Source: Fimbriimonadales bacterium (GTDB lineage Bacteria > Armatimonadota > Fimbriimonadia > Fimbriimonadales > JABRVX01). From it: a stretch of 31,363 nucleotides of DNA. The notes under the pieces were generated by a model. It worked only from the letters and a program-made list of their open reading frames with translations. It had not been told where the DNA came from and made no database searches. The stretch's first letter is position 1, and the number at the start of each line of letters is the position of its first letter. Made by a program: the position numbers and the translations under genes. Below are positions 1 to 12,027 of the stretch, in pieces. Where the stretch lies: contig BTVI01000036.1 in the NCBI GenBank assembly GCA_045862955.1, positions 1-31,363 of the forward strand, given 5' to 3'.

Positions 1-161
1 AGCAGATGGACACCGTAGCGCTGGGTGAAGCCCTCGACGGCATCGGTGCGGTGCTCCCACACCCTCCGGACGATGTCGGAGGTGACACCGATGTAGAGAG
101 TGCCGTTTCGTCGGCTTGCCATGATGTAGACGGCGGGCTGCCTGCGCATGGACGGCGCCAT
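1..161 (-). CDS. GIY-YIG nuclease family protein (small UPF0213-like), 5' part only; runs off the window edge
   Basis: Manual translation of the minus strand gives MAPSMRRQPAVYIMASRRNGTLYIGVTSDIVRRVWEHRTDAVEGFTQRYGVHL..., with the VYI..LYIG-T...RR..EH signature. GGAGG lies just upstream of ATG 161; an alternative ATG is at 149. Not in the ORF track. Confidence 0.92.
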   Translation of the reverse strand, partial: MAPSMRRQPAVYIMASRRNGTLYIGVTSDIVRRVWEHRTDAVEGFTQRYGVHL

Positions 162-199
162 TGTTCCTCCGAGTGTCTGCTGGATGCCGGGTGGGTGGG

Positions 200-346
200 A
201 TTCTGGATTCCCGCCTTCGCGGGAATGACAATGGCCTTCGCGGGAATGACAAAAGGGGTGCAGACGGTGTCTGGTCATTGTCATTCCCGCGAAGGCGGGA
301 ATCCAGAATGCCGCGGTTGTCATTCCCACGAAGGCGGGAATCCAGA
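200..346. repeat. Cluster of 4 TGTC-tagged REP-like palindromes (TGTCATTCCCGCGAAGGCGGGAATCCAG)
   Basis: 200-233 and 276-309 are a perfect 34-bp inverted repeat. A partial copy is at 234-252 and a one-mismatch copy at 317-346. Each full unit is an ATTCCC-N8-GGGAAT hairpin. Confidence 0.95.
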
Positions 347-1606
347 GCCCTGGGGGGCGGGGAGCTGTAGGGCCGTGGGTAGGTCGGAGAGGGGGACCTC
401 GGCCTGAGACTGCGTGCGGAGGTCTTTCAGCGTCACAGCTCCGCGCGACCACTCGTCCTCGCCGAGCACCACGGCGAAGCGCGCGCCGGAGCGATCTGCC
501 TGGCGGAATTGGCTCTTCGCGCTGCGGCTCTCCAGGTCGAGCTCGGCGGCGATACCCGCTCGGCGTAGCTGGGTCGCGAGCTTCAGTGCGCGCGGCCCCA
601 TGTCGGTGCCGATGGCCACCACGAAGGCGATCGGCGCCTCCTCTGCCCCAAGCGCCTCCTCGTCGAGCAGCATCAGTGCACGCTCGATGCCCATCGCCAC
701 CCCCACCGCAGGTGTCGGCGGGCCACCACACAGTTCTACCAACCCATCGTAACGGCCGCCCCCGCACACGCTGTTCTGCGCTCCCAGACTACCGCTTACC
801 ACCTCGAACACCGTCCGGTTATAGTAGTCCAGCCCGCGCACGAGCCGAGGCTCCAGCACGAAGCTCACCCCGAGGTCATGCAGCAGCGCCTGCAGACGCA
901 CGAAGTGTTCCCTGCTCTCCGGCTCCAGGTAATCGAGGATGCTCGGCGCGCCGGCCATCGCCTCTATGCACTCGGGGTCCTTGCTGTCCAGCAGTCGTAG
1001 CGGGTTGTTGCGCATGCGCTCGGCGGCATCCTCGGGCAGTGAGGCGATGTAAGACGCGGCATACGCAAGGAGCGCCTCGCGATATCGGCGGCGACACTCT
1101 GCATCGCCCAGCGAGTTGAGCCGAAGCTCGAGGTCCTTCAGCCCCAGCGCCTCGTAGAACGCCATCGTGAGTTGTATCACCTCGGCATCGGCGCTGGGTG
1201 ATGCTGCGCCGAACACTTCCAGCCCCACCTGGTGCGCTTGGCGCAAGCGCCCGGCTTGGGGCCTCTCATAGCGGAAGATCGGCGTGATGTAGAACAACTT
1301 GGTCACCGCACCCTGCCCGCCTAGGTGGTGCTCCACGTAGGCACGCGCAGCCGGCGCGGTGCCCTCTGGCTTCAGTGTGATGCTGCGGCCGCCCTTGTCC
1401 AGAAAGGTGTACATCTCCTTCGACACGATGTCCGTGCCCTCGCCCACGCCGCGAACGAACAGCTCGGTGTGCTCGAACACCGGCGTGCGGATTTCGCCAT
1501 AGCCGTAAAGGCTGCATAGTCGGCGAAACGTATCCTCCACGAAGCGCCAGCGGCGTGCTTCGTCGGGAAGGACGTCTTTCGTGCCTCGGGGTGCGGAGAT
1601 GTCCAT
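320..1606 (-). CDS. hisS: Histidine--tRNA ligase
   Basis: PRGTKD N-terminus, EIRTPVFEHTELF, KEMYTF, LKPEGTA, FRYERPQAGR, LVRGLDYY, GGGRYDGL and a C-terminal anticodon-binding domain. Confidence 0.98.
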   Translation of the reverse strand: MDISAPRGTKDVLPDEARRWRFVEDTFRRLCSLYGYGEIRTPVFEHTELFVRGVGEGTDIVSKEMYTFLDKGGRSITLKPEGTAPAARAYVEHHLGGQGAVTKLFYITPIFRYERPQAGRLRQAHQVGLEVFGAASPSADAEVIQLTMAFYEALGLKDLELRLNSLGDAECRRRYREALLAYAASYIASLPEDAAERMRNNPLRLLDSKDPECIEAMAGAPSILDYLEPESREHFVRLQALLHDLGVSFVLEPRLVRGLDYYNRTVFEVVSGSLGAQNSVCGGGRYDGLVELCGGPPTPAVGVAMGIERALMLLDEEALGAEEAPIAFVVAIGTDMGPRALKLATQLRRAGIAAELDLESRSAKSQFRQADRSGARFAVVLGEDEWSRGAVTLKDLRTQSQAEVPLSDLPTALQLPAPQGSGFPPSWE

Positions 1607-1748
1607 CGGGCTGCCTTTCTCGCGCCTGATCCCTGGCGCGCTAGACCCGCGAGTGGCGGGCGTACAAGGGATACCCCATCGAAACGCCCCCCTACCGAGA
1701 TCGGGTATCAGGAAGGGTAGTTTCGACTACGGAACGAAGGAGGCTCCC

Positions 1749-3005
1749 ATGCGGTTGGCGGTCTTTGTTGCATGCGTCGCGCTCGGCGTGGGGTCGGTCG
1801 GGTATGCCGATCCGGTCGTCACTTTTGCCCGTGGGCAGCTCCTGTCGCTCAACTCGGGCGACAGGAACCAGTTCGAGCCTTCCATCGCTGCAGATGGCAA
1901 AGGCGGTGTGTACGTGGCCTGGAAGGATGGGCAGTCGGGCTCCAGCCACATCCGTTACGCCTACTCGCACGACTACGGCGAGACTTGGTCACAGGACGTG
2001 CTTCTGGACCACGAGGGCTACAAGTTTCAGAGCGACCCAGTGGTGGTCATCGGGCAGGACGGCCGAGTCACGGTGAGTTGGGTGGCCTATAACACCTTCG
2101 CAGACACTGCCATCGGATTCCGGGTGTCGCGCGACAGGGGTGTGACATTCGGCGAGCCCTCGCGGCTATCCGTACCCACGCGAGAGGGCGCCAAGGACTT
2201 CTTCGACAGGCAGTGGCACATCGTGCATGGTGATGAGGTGATCACCAGCTATCACGTCGGCAACCGCATCTTCGTGACGCGTTCCGTGGATGGGGGCAAG
2301 ACGGTGGAAGGGGTGGCGAACCCGGACGGCGAGCGCCGGGGGGCACTTTCTGCTGTGCTGGCGCGCTCGCCGGATGGAAAGGTGCACTCTGCATGGCTGC
2401 AGTTCGGGCGGCGACCAGCCATTCGCTACAGCCGCTCGCCCGACGGAGGGAAGACGTGGGACGCTCCTAAGGACATCGTACTGATGTACCCGCTGGACTA
2501 CCGAGGTAGGGCGCAATGTTTCCCCACCATCGGCGTGGACCCGCAGGGGACAATCCATATCGCATGGGCCGAGGGCAAGGGCCGCGACGGCTCGTCGGAC
2601 AAGGCCGGGGACGTGTACGCGGTGCGGTCGGAGGACGGCGGTGAGACCTGGTCGGCCCCGCTGAAGCTAACCGACGGGGAGGAAGTGGACGAGGCGTACA
2701 AGATACAACCCTGGTTGATGGTGGATGCGACGGGCCGCGTGCACGTGGTGTGGATCGAGCGACGCGGGACACACTGGTCCGTGCGATACACGCTCTCAAC
2801 GGACGGCGGGAAAAGCTTCTCGCCGACCGTGGCGGTGACGACACCGCATCTTATTCGTGGGGCTTATCACAGCGACTTCATCTCCGTATGCTCAGACGAT
2901 CGGTTCGTGTATGTGGCCGCGCCCATCCCGGTCGGCGGGGTCTACTCGATGAACGTAATGCGTGCGCCGGTCTCGGGTCTACCTGCCGGCCCGGTGGCGA
3001 GGTGA
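1749..3005 (+). CDS. Secreted BNR/Asp-box (sialidase-like beta-propeller) protein
   Basis: AAGGAGG SD before ATG 1749; signal peptide MRLAVFVACVALGVGSVGYA; six Asp-boxes (SHDYGETW, SRDRGVTF, SVDGGKTV, SPDGGKTW, SEDGGETW, STDGGKSF). Confidence 0.85.
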   Translation: MRLAVFVACVALGVGSVGYADPVVTFARGQLLSLNSGDRNQFEPSIAADGKGGVYVAWKDGQSGSSHIRYAYSHDYGETWSQDVLLDHEGYKFQSDPVVVIGQDGRVTVSWVAYNTFADTAIGFRVSRDRGVTFGEPSRLSVPTREGAKDFFDRQWHIVHGDEVITSYHVGNRIFVTRSVDGGKTVEGVANPDGERRGALSAVLARSPDGKVHSAWLQFGRRPAIRYSRSPDGGKTWDAPKDIVLMYPLDYRGRAQCFPTIGVDPQGTIHIAWAEGKGRDGSSDKAGDVYAVRSEDGGETWSAPLKLTDGEEVDEAYKIQPWLMVDATGRVHVVWIERRGTHWSVRYTLSTDGGKSFSPTVAVTTPHLIRGAYHSDFISVCSDDRFVYVAAPIPVGGVYSMNVMRAPVSGLPAGPVAR

Positions 3006-3018
3006 CCTCGGGTTCTGG

Positions 3019-3047
3019 TTGACCGAGAATGGGAATGGCGGTACAAT
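3019..3047 (+). promoter_or_regulatory. Sigma70-type promoter of tRNA-Ala
   Basis: TTGACC-N17-TACAAT, 16 nt upstream of the tRNA. Confidence 0.8.
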
Positions 3048-3063
3048 GGGGTCGCTTCGAGGT

Positions 3064-3139
3064 GGGGCCATAGCTCAGCTGGGAGAGCGCTTCCATGGCA
3101 TGGAAGAGGCCACGGGTTCGAATCCCGTTGGCTCCACCA
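3064..3139 (+). tRNA. tRNA-Ala (GGC)
   Basis: 76-nt cloverleaf GGGGCCA...TGGCTCCACCA with G3:U70 pair, anticodon loop ATGGCAT, T-loop TTCGAAT and encoded CCA. Confidence 0.98.
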
Positions 3140-3147
3140 ATCTTCGG

Positions 3148-3171
3148 GACTTTGCGCCCGGGCGCATAGTC
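3148..3171 (+). terminator. Hairpin downstream of tRNA-Ala (possible terminator or processing stem; no U-tract)
   Basis: GACTTTGCGCCCGGGCGCATAGTC is a near-perfect palindrome. Confidence 0.4.
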
Positions 3172-3391
3172 TGCCAAAGCTAGCATGCGAACTTCCCGAG
3201 GCGTCGCGAAGCCTACGGGATCGGTTCCGGGGTCAGATCCCTGCGAAGAAGGGCCCTCAAGGCATCTCTCGACGTACTCACTACCCGCAGAAGCGCCCCA
3301 TCCGCATCACGGGATGCCGAGCCAGCAGCTGCAGCGAGTACGAAGACTGCCCATCTGCCGGCACCGCGGGAAACGGATTCATCCTTCGGCA

Positions 3392-4151
3392 TGGTGTGCG
3401 TCAGGCCGGTGCAATCCGTCGGACGTGGGCCGGGGGATGGAGTAACACCCCTACCCGTCATGCTGAGCCTGTCGAAGCATGCAGACGCAAGCCGCAAGCG
3501 TTGCATCGGATACCGCCATCATGCCGACGGCGAGGGCGCGGGTGTCCCGACTCTCCCCCCGCGGTCCTTGGGTCAGCGGTGTGCGACGGGCCGGTGCAAT
3601 CCGGCGGGCGCGGGCCGGGGCATGGAGCGTCTAGGCAGGCAACGTTGGGTGCCTCGACGTTCGGCTGCTCGGGGAGTTGCTGGGCGAGGGCTTGGCGGCA
3701 GAGGGCAGCCGAAACGTCTAGGCATGGAACCTCCGCGCTTCTCTGCGTCCTTTGCGTGACAGTCCCTGCCGGTAGCCTCGGGCCGGGGCATGGAGTAACA
3801 CCCCTACCCGTCATGCTGAGCCTGTCGAAGCATGCGAACGCAAGCCGCAAGCGTTGCATCGGATGCCGCCATCATGCCGACGGCGAGGGCACGGCTGTCC
3901 CGACTCTCGCCCCGGCGCGGTCCTCGGGTTAGCGGCATGCGGCAGGCCGGCGCAATCCGGCGGACGCGGGCCGGGGCATGGAACGTCTAGGCAGGCAGCG
4001 TTGGGTGCCTTGACGTTCGGCTGCTCGGGGAGTTGCTGGGCGAGGGCTTGGCGGCAGACGACAGCCGAAACGTCTAGGCATGGAACCTCCGCGCTTCTCT
4101 GCGTCCTTTGCGTGACAGTCCCCGCCGGCGGACGCGGGCCGGCGCATGGAG
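3392..4151. repeat. Composite repeat array: about two tandem copies of a ~355-bp unit (3427-3779, 3780-4135) built from four repeat modules
   Basis: Direct alignment of the two units. A GGGCCGGGGCATGGA-like motif recurs at 3427, 3612, 3780, 3968 and 4136, and CGTCATGCTGAGCCTGTCGAAGCATG at ~3456 and ~3809. Confidence 0.93.
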
Positions 4152-4195
4152 ACGTGGGTGCTCTGTCCAAAGACACCAGGAGGTCCTGAGAGGCG

Positions 4196-4915
4196 CTACG
4201 GAATGGTGTAGCGCATGGACTTTCCTGCCTTCACCAGGATCGCCCAGTTGCCGACGTCGGTGAAGGTGGAGCCTCCTCCTCGTCGTGTAACCGACCGCAG
4301 GACCAACAAGTAGCTGCCGTCCCTCACACCGCTCAGCTTCACGCTGCCGGTAGTGACCTCGGCCTCGATGACCGGGCCGGACCCTCGGGTGATATCGGCT
4401 CCACGAAGTGGCGATGCTCCTCGCTCGGTAGCGGGGATCAGAAGTACTCGATAGGTGCCAGGGCCTTTGGTGATAGCGATCTCCAGGTCGCTCATTCGGC
4501 TTGGGCTAATCGCCAGAGAGGTGTTCAGCCGAGCCGAGTCGTTGCTGACATTGATCACCTTCCAGTCGAGATAGGTCTCCCCATATTTGACGTACACCAG
4601 GTAGGTGCCTCTGGGCAGATTGGTGTGCTGGAACGTTAGCCCGTCGGAGGAGGACCACACCAGGCCGGTACGGCGGGGCTTGTAGGTATCACACCACACG
4701 TGGCCAGACGAGCCCGTAGGCGTCAGACCCGCCATATTGGTGATGTGTTGTCCCGTGACGGTCACGCCTTCGTAGCCGACCTTCACCATCTCCCTCAGAT
4801 CGCCCTTGAAGTGGATGCGGCCGGCTATCACGGCTGCGATGGCGCATGGTCCGAGAAAGAACATCGCGATCACCGCACATACTTGCCAACGCACTTGCCG
4901 CCTCCTGTCCATCAT
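4196..4915 (-). CDS. Hypothetical exported protein, possibly two prealbumin/Cna-B-like beta-sandwich domains
   Basis: Basic then hydrophobic N-terminus; two F/V-x(3)-L/V-x(2)-G-x-Y-L motifs (FQHTNLPRGTYLV, VKLSGVRDGSYLL). Confidence 0.7.
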   Translation of the reverse strand: MMDRRRQVRWQVCAVIAMFFLGPCAIAAVIAGRIHFKGDLREMVKVGYEGVTVTGQHITNMAGLTPTGSSGHVWCDTYKPRRTGLVWSSSDGLTFQHTNLPRGTYLVYVKYGETYLDWKVINVSNDSARLNTSLAISPSRMSDLEIAITKGPGTYRVLLIPATERGASPLRGADITRGSGPVIEAEVTTGSVKLSGVRDGSYLLVLRSVTRRGGGSTFTDVGNWAILVKAGKSMRYTIP

Positions 4916-5051
4916 GTACCCACCCGGCCTCAGCCTGCCAGAGAGATTGTCGGGCCATCGAGTCTGCCGCTGAAGCGGGGCGAAGCGCAGGCGACGTGGT
5001 CAGCCCGCTGCCCCGTTACCGCAGACACGGCGGAGAATCCCGCGTGCCGAG

Positions 5052-5348
5052 CTAGTCCCTCCCGACCAGGAACGCAAGCCGAAATGGATAGCAGTCGGCG
5101 GTGAAGACGCCCTGGTACACAGCGGGATCCGAGTGGACGGTCTGGTCGGCATGGTCGGCGTCCTCGGCCACGAACACCACGATGCCGAACTCCGCACCCT
5201 CGGTCCTTCCAGCGAGTAAGAGCCGACCCTCTGCCCTTAGCTCCTGCAGGTAGGCGAAGTGCGCAGCCACAGCGTTGGCTTCCTCCTGTGTCGCGTCCGC
5301 CACGAAGGTCGGCCTGGGCGGTCGGACCACGTAGATGAACTCGGCCAC
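5052..5348 (-). CDS. YCII-related protein
   Basis: GTG start with GGAGG SD; AHFAYLQEL...LLLAGRT...GIVVF...DPAV..GV...YPF is the YciI-family pattern. It is the C-terminal part of track ORF 5052..6008. Confidence 0.85.
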   Translation of the reverse strand: MAEFIYVVRPPRPTFVADATQEEANAVAAHFAYLQELRAEGRLLLAGRTEGAEFGIVVFVAEDADHADQTVHSDPAVYQGVFTADCYPFRLAFLVGRD

Positions 5349-5477
5349 TCTGAGTTCCCCCTCCGGAGCCGGCCTTCCGGGCCGATCCCCTCGGTACAGA
5401 GTTCGCCAGCCCAGAACCCGGCTCCTCCATGGCGGGTCGCCGGTGGAGGATGAAGCGCTGTTGCCGGGGAACCCTGA

Positions 5478-9329
<3,852 letters not shown>

Positions 9330-9334
9330 AGGCT

Positions 9335-9411
9335 TGGTAGCGAAGGTCGGACTCGAACCGACGACCTACCGGGTATGAACCGGTTGCTCTAACCAACTGA
9401 GCTACTTCGCC
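9335..9411 (-). tRNA. tRNA-Met (CAT), elongator type
   Basis: GGCGAAGTAGCTCAGTTGGTTAGAGCAACCGGTTCATACCCGGTAGGTCGTCGGTTCGAGTCCGACCTTCGCTACCA; lacks the C1:A72 mismatch and the three consecutive G-C anticodon-stem pairs of initiator tRNA. Confidence 0.95.
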
Positions 9412-9421
9412 ACCACCCATG

Positions 9422-9450
9422 ATTCTGGCGCGGATTGCGACGGATGTCAA
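9422..9450 (-). promoter_or_regulatory. Sigma70-type promoter of tRNA-Met
   Basis: Minus strand TTGACA-N17-CAGAAT, 10 nt upstream of the tRNA. Confidence 0.7.
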
Positions 9451-9573
9451 CCTCTGGGCTGCTGCGGGCTGGCGGTCCGAGGCGGCTGGTCAGAATGTGA
9501 CTGGGCCGGGGGGATCGGCTAGCGCACAGGTAGGGACGGGTGGGTCGCTGGAGGCGCCGGACAGCCAGAGCGT

Positions 9574-9723
9574 CTCCATGCCCCGGCCCGAGGCTACCGG
9601 CAGGGACTGTCACGCCAAGGGAGCAGAGACGCGCGGAGATCATCTCCATGCCCTGGCGCGGTCCTTAGGTTGGCTTCAGACGCCCCGTGCTGCCGAGCGG
9701 CGGACGCGGGCCATGGCATAGAA
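9574..9723. repeat. Dispersed copy of the same repeat modules (inverted module C plus hairpin module A)
   Basis: 9574-9638 is a near-identical reverse complement of 3731-3795; 9644-9723 reads CTCCATGCCCTGGCGCGGTCC...GGACGCGGGCCATGGCATAGAA. Confidence 0.9.
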
Positions 9724-9893
9724 ACTTTGTGCGGCTGCCGTACGGTATGAGTCGGAACCACCGTGTCGGTGCAGTCATGGACTATCTGGGCAAGCTTGAA
9801 GGCGGAAATCCAGGAGGCGAAGGTGAAGCGGCGGTGAACACAGTGCCAGATGGCAGCAGCCGTGCGCGCCAGGTAAACTGGCCGGTAACCGGA

Positions 9894-10349
9894 ATGGCTC
9901 CTGGGCGCGTCGTCTCCCTTCAAATCAAGTTGCAGCGCGGCAAGATGGAACCGCGAGACATCGTCGTTGCCGAGCCCGAAGGGGGCCTGCGAGATGACTT
10001 TCACGCCAACTCCGTCGGAAGGCAGATACTCCTGATAGACACTCAGACGCTCGACGACTTCGGTCACGAACCGGGCCAGATCCGCGAGCAGATTACGCTG
10101 GACATGCCCAACCTGCAGACACTCCCAGCGGGAACGCGGTTGGCCATCGGCGAGGCGGTGCTGGAGGTCGGCAAGTCCTGTACACCGTGCGAACACATGG
10201 CGAGGCTCGTCGGCGGGGCCGATCCTCAGGGATGGTTGGAACGCATTCGGGGGCAGCGCGGCGTGTTCGCTCGCACGGTCACTCCCGGAGCCATTCGCGT
10301 GGGTGACACGGTGATCGTGCTGAACGAGGAAGGCGCAGTCCGTGGGTGA
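9894..10349 (+). CDS. MOSC domain protein
   Basis: GRVVSLQI, RQILLID, GTRLAIGEAVLEV, CTPCEHM, RGVFARTVTPGAIRVGD; start uncertain (9834 GTG or 9894 ATG). Confidence 0.88.
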   Translation: MAPGRVVSLQIKLQRGKMEPRDIVVAEPEGGLRDDFHANSVGRQILLIDTQTLDDFGHEPGQIREQITLDMPNLQTLPAGTRLAIGEAVLEVGKSCTPCEHMARLVGGADPQGWLERIRGQRGVFARTVTPGAIRVGDTVIVLNEEGAVRG

Positions 10350-10653
10350 GCGCGAGGGCAACGGTGGAGGAGCCGGCGGAAGTGGCTTAGGGGCGGCCTT
10401 GGGTGTGCTCGCTTTTCTTGCCGGCGTGGCCGCGCTGCTTTGGGTGTTCTTCGCAGCCAAAGGTCTCTACGCGCTTCCGCCCGAGGATTTGGTTCGCGCC
10501 GGGTCGGAGGCTACTCCCGACCTCACCGGGCTTGCCCAGTCGGCGACTGCCACGCTCTTGCGCATACTAATGCTGGTGGTGATGGCGATTGCCGCAGCCC
10601 TGCTGGCGGGCGTGGGGGCTCGCATGTTTCTCTCCTCCCGCCGCTCGGAATAG
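10342..10653 (+). CDS. Small membrane protein (2 TM helices)
   Basis: Two hydrophobic stretches; overlaps the MOSC stop; GAGGAAGG upstream. Confidence 0.7.
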   Translation: MGEREGNGGGAGGSGLGAALGVLAFLAGVAALLWVFFAAKGLYALPPEDLVRAGSEATPDLTGLAQSATATLLRILMLVVMAIAAALLAGVGARMFLSSRRSE

Positions 10654-10661
10654 CTAGCAGG

Positions 10662-11960
10662 TTAGCGCAGCGGTGGGATGTACTCGCCGTGCGCTTCGAT
10701 AAGGTCATCCACCAACGACTTAATCTCGTCGATCGTCAGCTCGGCCGCGGTGTGCGGGTCCAGCATAGCCGCCTGATACACGTAGTCGCGCTTGCCCGTC
10801 AGCGCCGCCTCCACCGTCAGGCACTGCACGCTCACGTTCGTCGAGATGTAGCCCGCGAGTTGCGGTGGCAGGTCGCCGATGTAGGTCGGCTGAATGCCCA
10901 TCCCGTCCACCAGGCACGGAACCTCGACGGTGCAACCGGGCATAAGGTTAGTGATGATGCCCGTGTTCGGCACATTGCCGTAGATGACCCGTGGCGTGTT
11001 GGTCTCGCAGCTGTCCACGATAAGCGAGCCGTACTCCGCACTACGCTTTACCTCGATGGGGTCGTCGCTCTCGAACTCGATGCGTTGCCGCTCCCACACC
11101 TCGATGATTTCCTCGCAGCGTCGAATGTACTCGTCCAACGGCACGAGGAAACGATCGATCAGGTCCGGGCGATCTCGACGAATGAAGTGCGGCACGTACT
11201 CGCTGAAGTGCTCGCTGGATTCGGTGACGAAGTAGCCGAGGTGCTTCATCATCTCGAACCGCACGGCATCCTTTCGAAAGATCTCGGGGTCCTTCGCAGC
11301 CTCTGAAAGGCGATTGTATAAGTTTTCATCGCCTAACTTGAACTCAATGAAGAAAGACATGTGGTTGATGCCGGCCGAGCGGTAGGTCACTTGCTCGTAC
11401 GGCACGCCGATGTAGGAGCAGAGCTGCATTGCGGTCCCCTGAACGCTGTGGCAAAGACCGACGTTCCGGACGCCTCCGGCGCGGTTGAGTGCCCAGCAGT
11501 TCATCGCCATTGGGTTCACGTATTGGAGCAGCAGCGCGTTGGGGCACAGCTGCCGCATGTCCTTCGCGATGTCTAGCAGCACCGGGATGGTTCGCAGCCC
11601 GCGCATGATGCCGCCGATGCCGAGCGTGTCGGCTATGGTCTGTCGTAGACCATACTTCTTGGGAATCTCGAAGTCCGTCACGGTGCAGGGCTCGAAGCCA
11701 CCGACCTGAATCATGGTGATGACGTAGTCGGCATCTCGAAGCGCCTCGCGGCGATCCCTCGTCGCCAGAATGCTGTGTGGACGCGCGTTCACGGCCCTAG
11801 CCACCTTGTGAGCCACTCGATCGGCTGTATGCAGCCTGTCGGGGTCTATGTCCATCAGCGCGATCTCCGCATCCGCCATTGAGGGAAAGCTGAGAATGTC
11901 TCCCAGAAGGTTTTTTGCGAAAACGACGCTCCCCGCGCCGATGAGAGTTACCTTTGCCAC
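10662..11960 (-). CDS. melA: NAD-dependent alpha-galactosidase/alpha-glucosidase (GH4)
   Basis: IGAGSVVF Rossmann start, DFEIPKKYGLRQTIADTLG, YVNPM, GLCHSV, AGINHM, FVTESSEH; GGAGG SD. Confidence 0.92.
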   Translation of the reverse strand: MAKVTLIGAGSVVFAKNLLGDILSFPSMADAEIALMDIDPDRLHTADRVAHKVARAVNARPHSILATRDRREALRDADYVITMIQVGGFEPCTVTDFEIPKKYGLRQTIADTLGIGGIMRGLRTIPVLLDIAKDMRQLCPNALLLQYVNPMAMNCWALNRAGGVRNVGLCHSVQGTAMQLCSYIGVPYEQVTYRSAGINHMSFFIEFKLGDENLYNRLSEAAKDPEIFRKDAVRFEMMKHLGYFVTESSEHFSEYVPHFIRRDRPDLIDRFLVPLDEYIRRCEEIIEVWERQRIEFESDDPIEVKRSAEYGSLIVDSCETNTPRVIYGNVPNTGIITNLMPGCTVEVPCLVDGMGIQPTYIGDLPPQLAGYISTNVSVQCLTVEAALTGKRDYVYQAAMLDPHTAAELTIDEIKSLVDDLIEAHGEYIPPLR

Positions 11961-12027
11961 GCGTGCCTCCTCGGATTTGGGCCTCGATTCGGCCGTATTG
12001 AATAGGTTTCGTGTGAAATCTTGATCA

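Noticed and set aside
6..407. Track ORFs 6..407 and 161..370 (+)
   Set aside because: They are shadows of the minus-strand GIY-YIG gene and translations of the REP repeats.
1607..1748. T-box leader for hisS
   Set aside because: No T-box consensus or terminator is visible on the minus strand, and the gap is short and shared with a divergent gene.
3556..4085. Integron attC sites
   Set aside because: The hairpins lack paired RYYYAAC/GTTRRRY boxes, there are no cassette ORFs between them, and no integrase is present. Only the structural logic is similar.
3392..4151. CRISPR array
   Set aside because: Spacing is 168-188 bp, the intervening sequences are themselves duplicated, and no cas genes are present.
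3185..4189. Multiple short ORFs in the repeat array (and at 30830-31324)
   Set aside because: They are translations of repeats in several frames, with no protein motifs or RBS.
9335..9411. Initiator tRNA-fMet or tRNA-Ile2
   Set aside because: It lacks initiator hallmarks. The GGCG acceptor start and TTCATAC loop fit elongator Met better, although Ile2 is not formally excluded.
9724..9893. Moco riboswitch upstream of the MOSC gene
   Set aside because: No recognisable conserved motif by eye.
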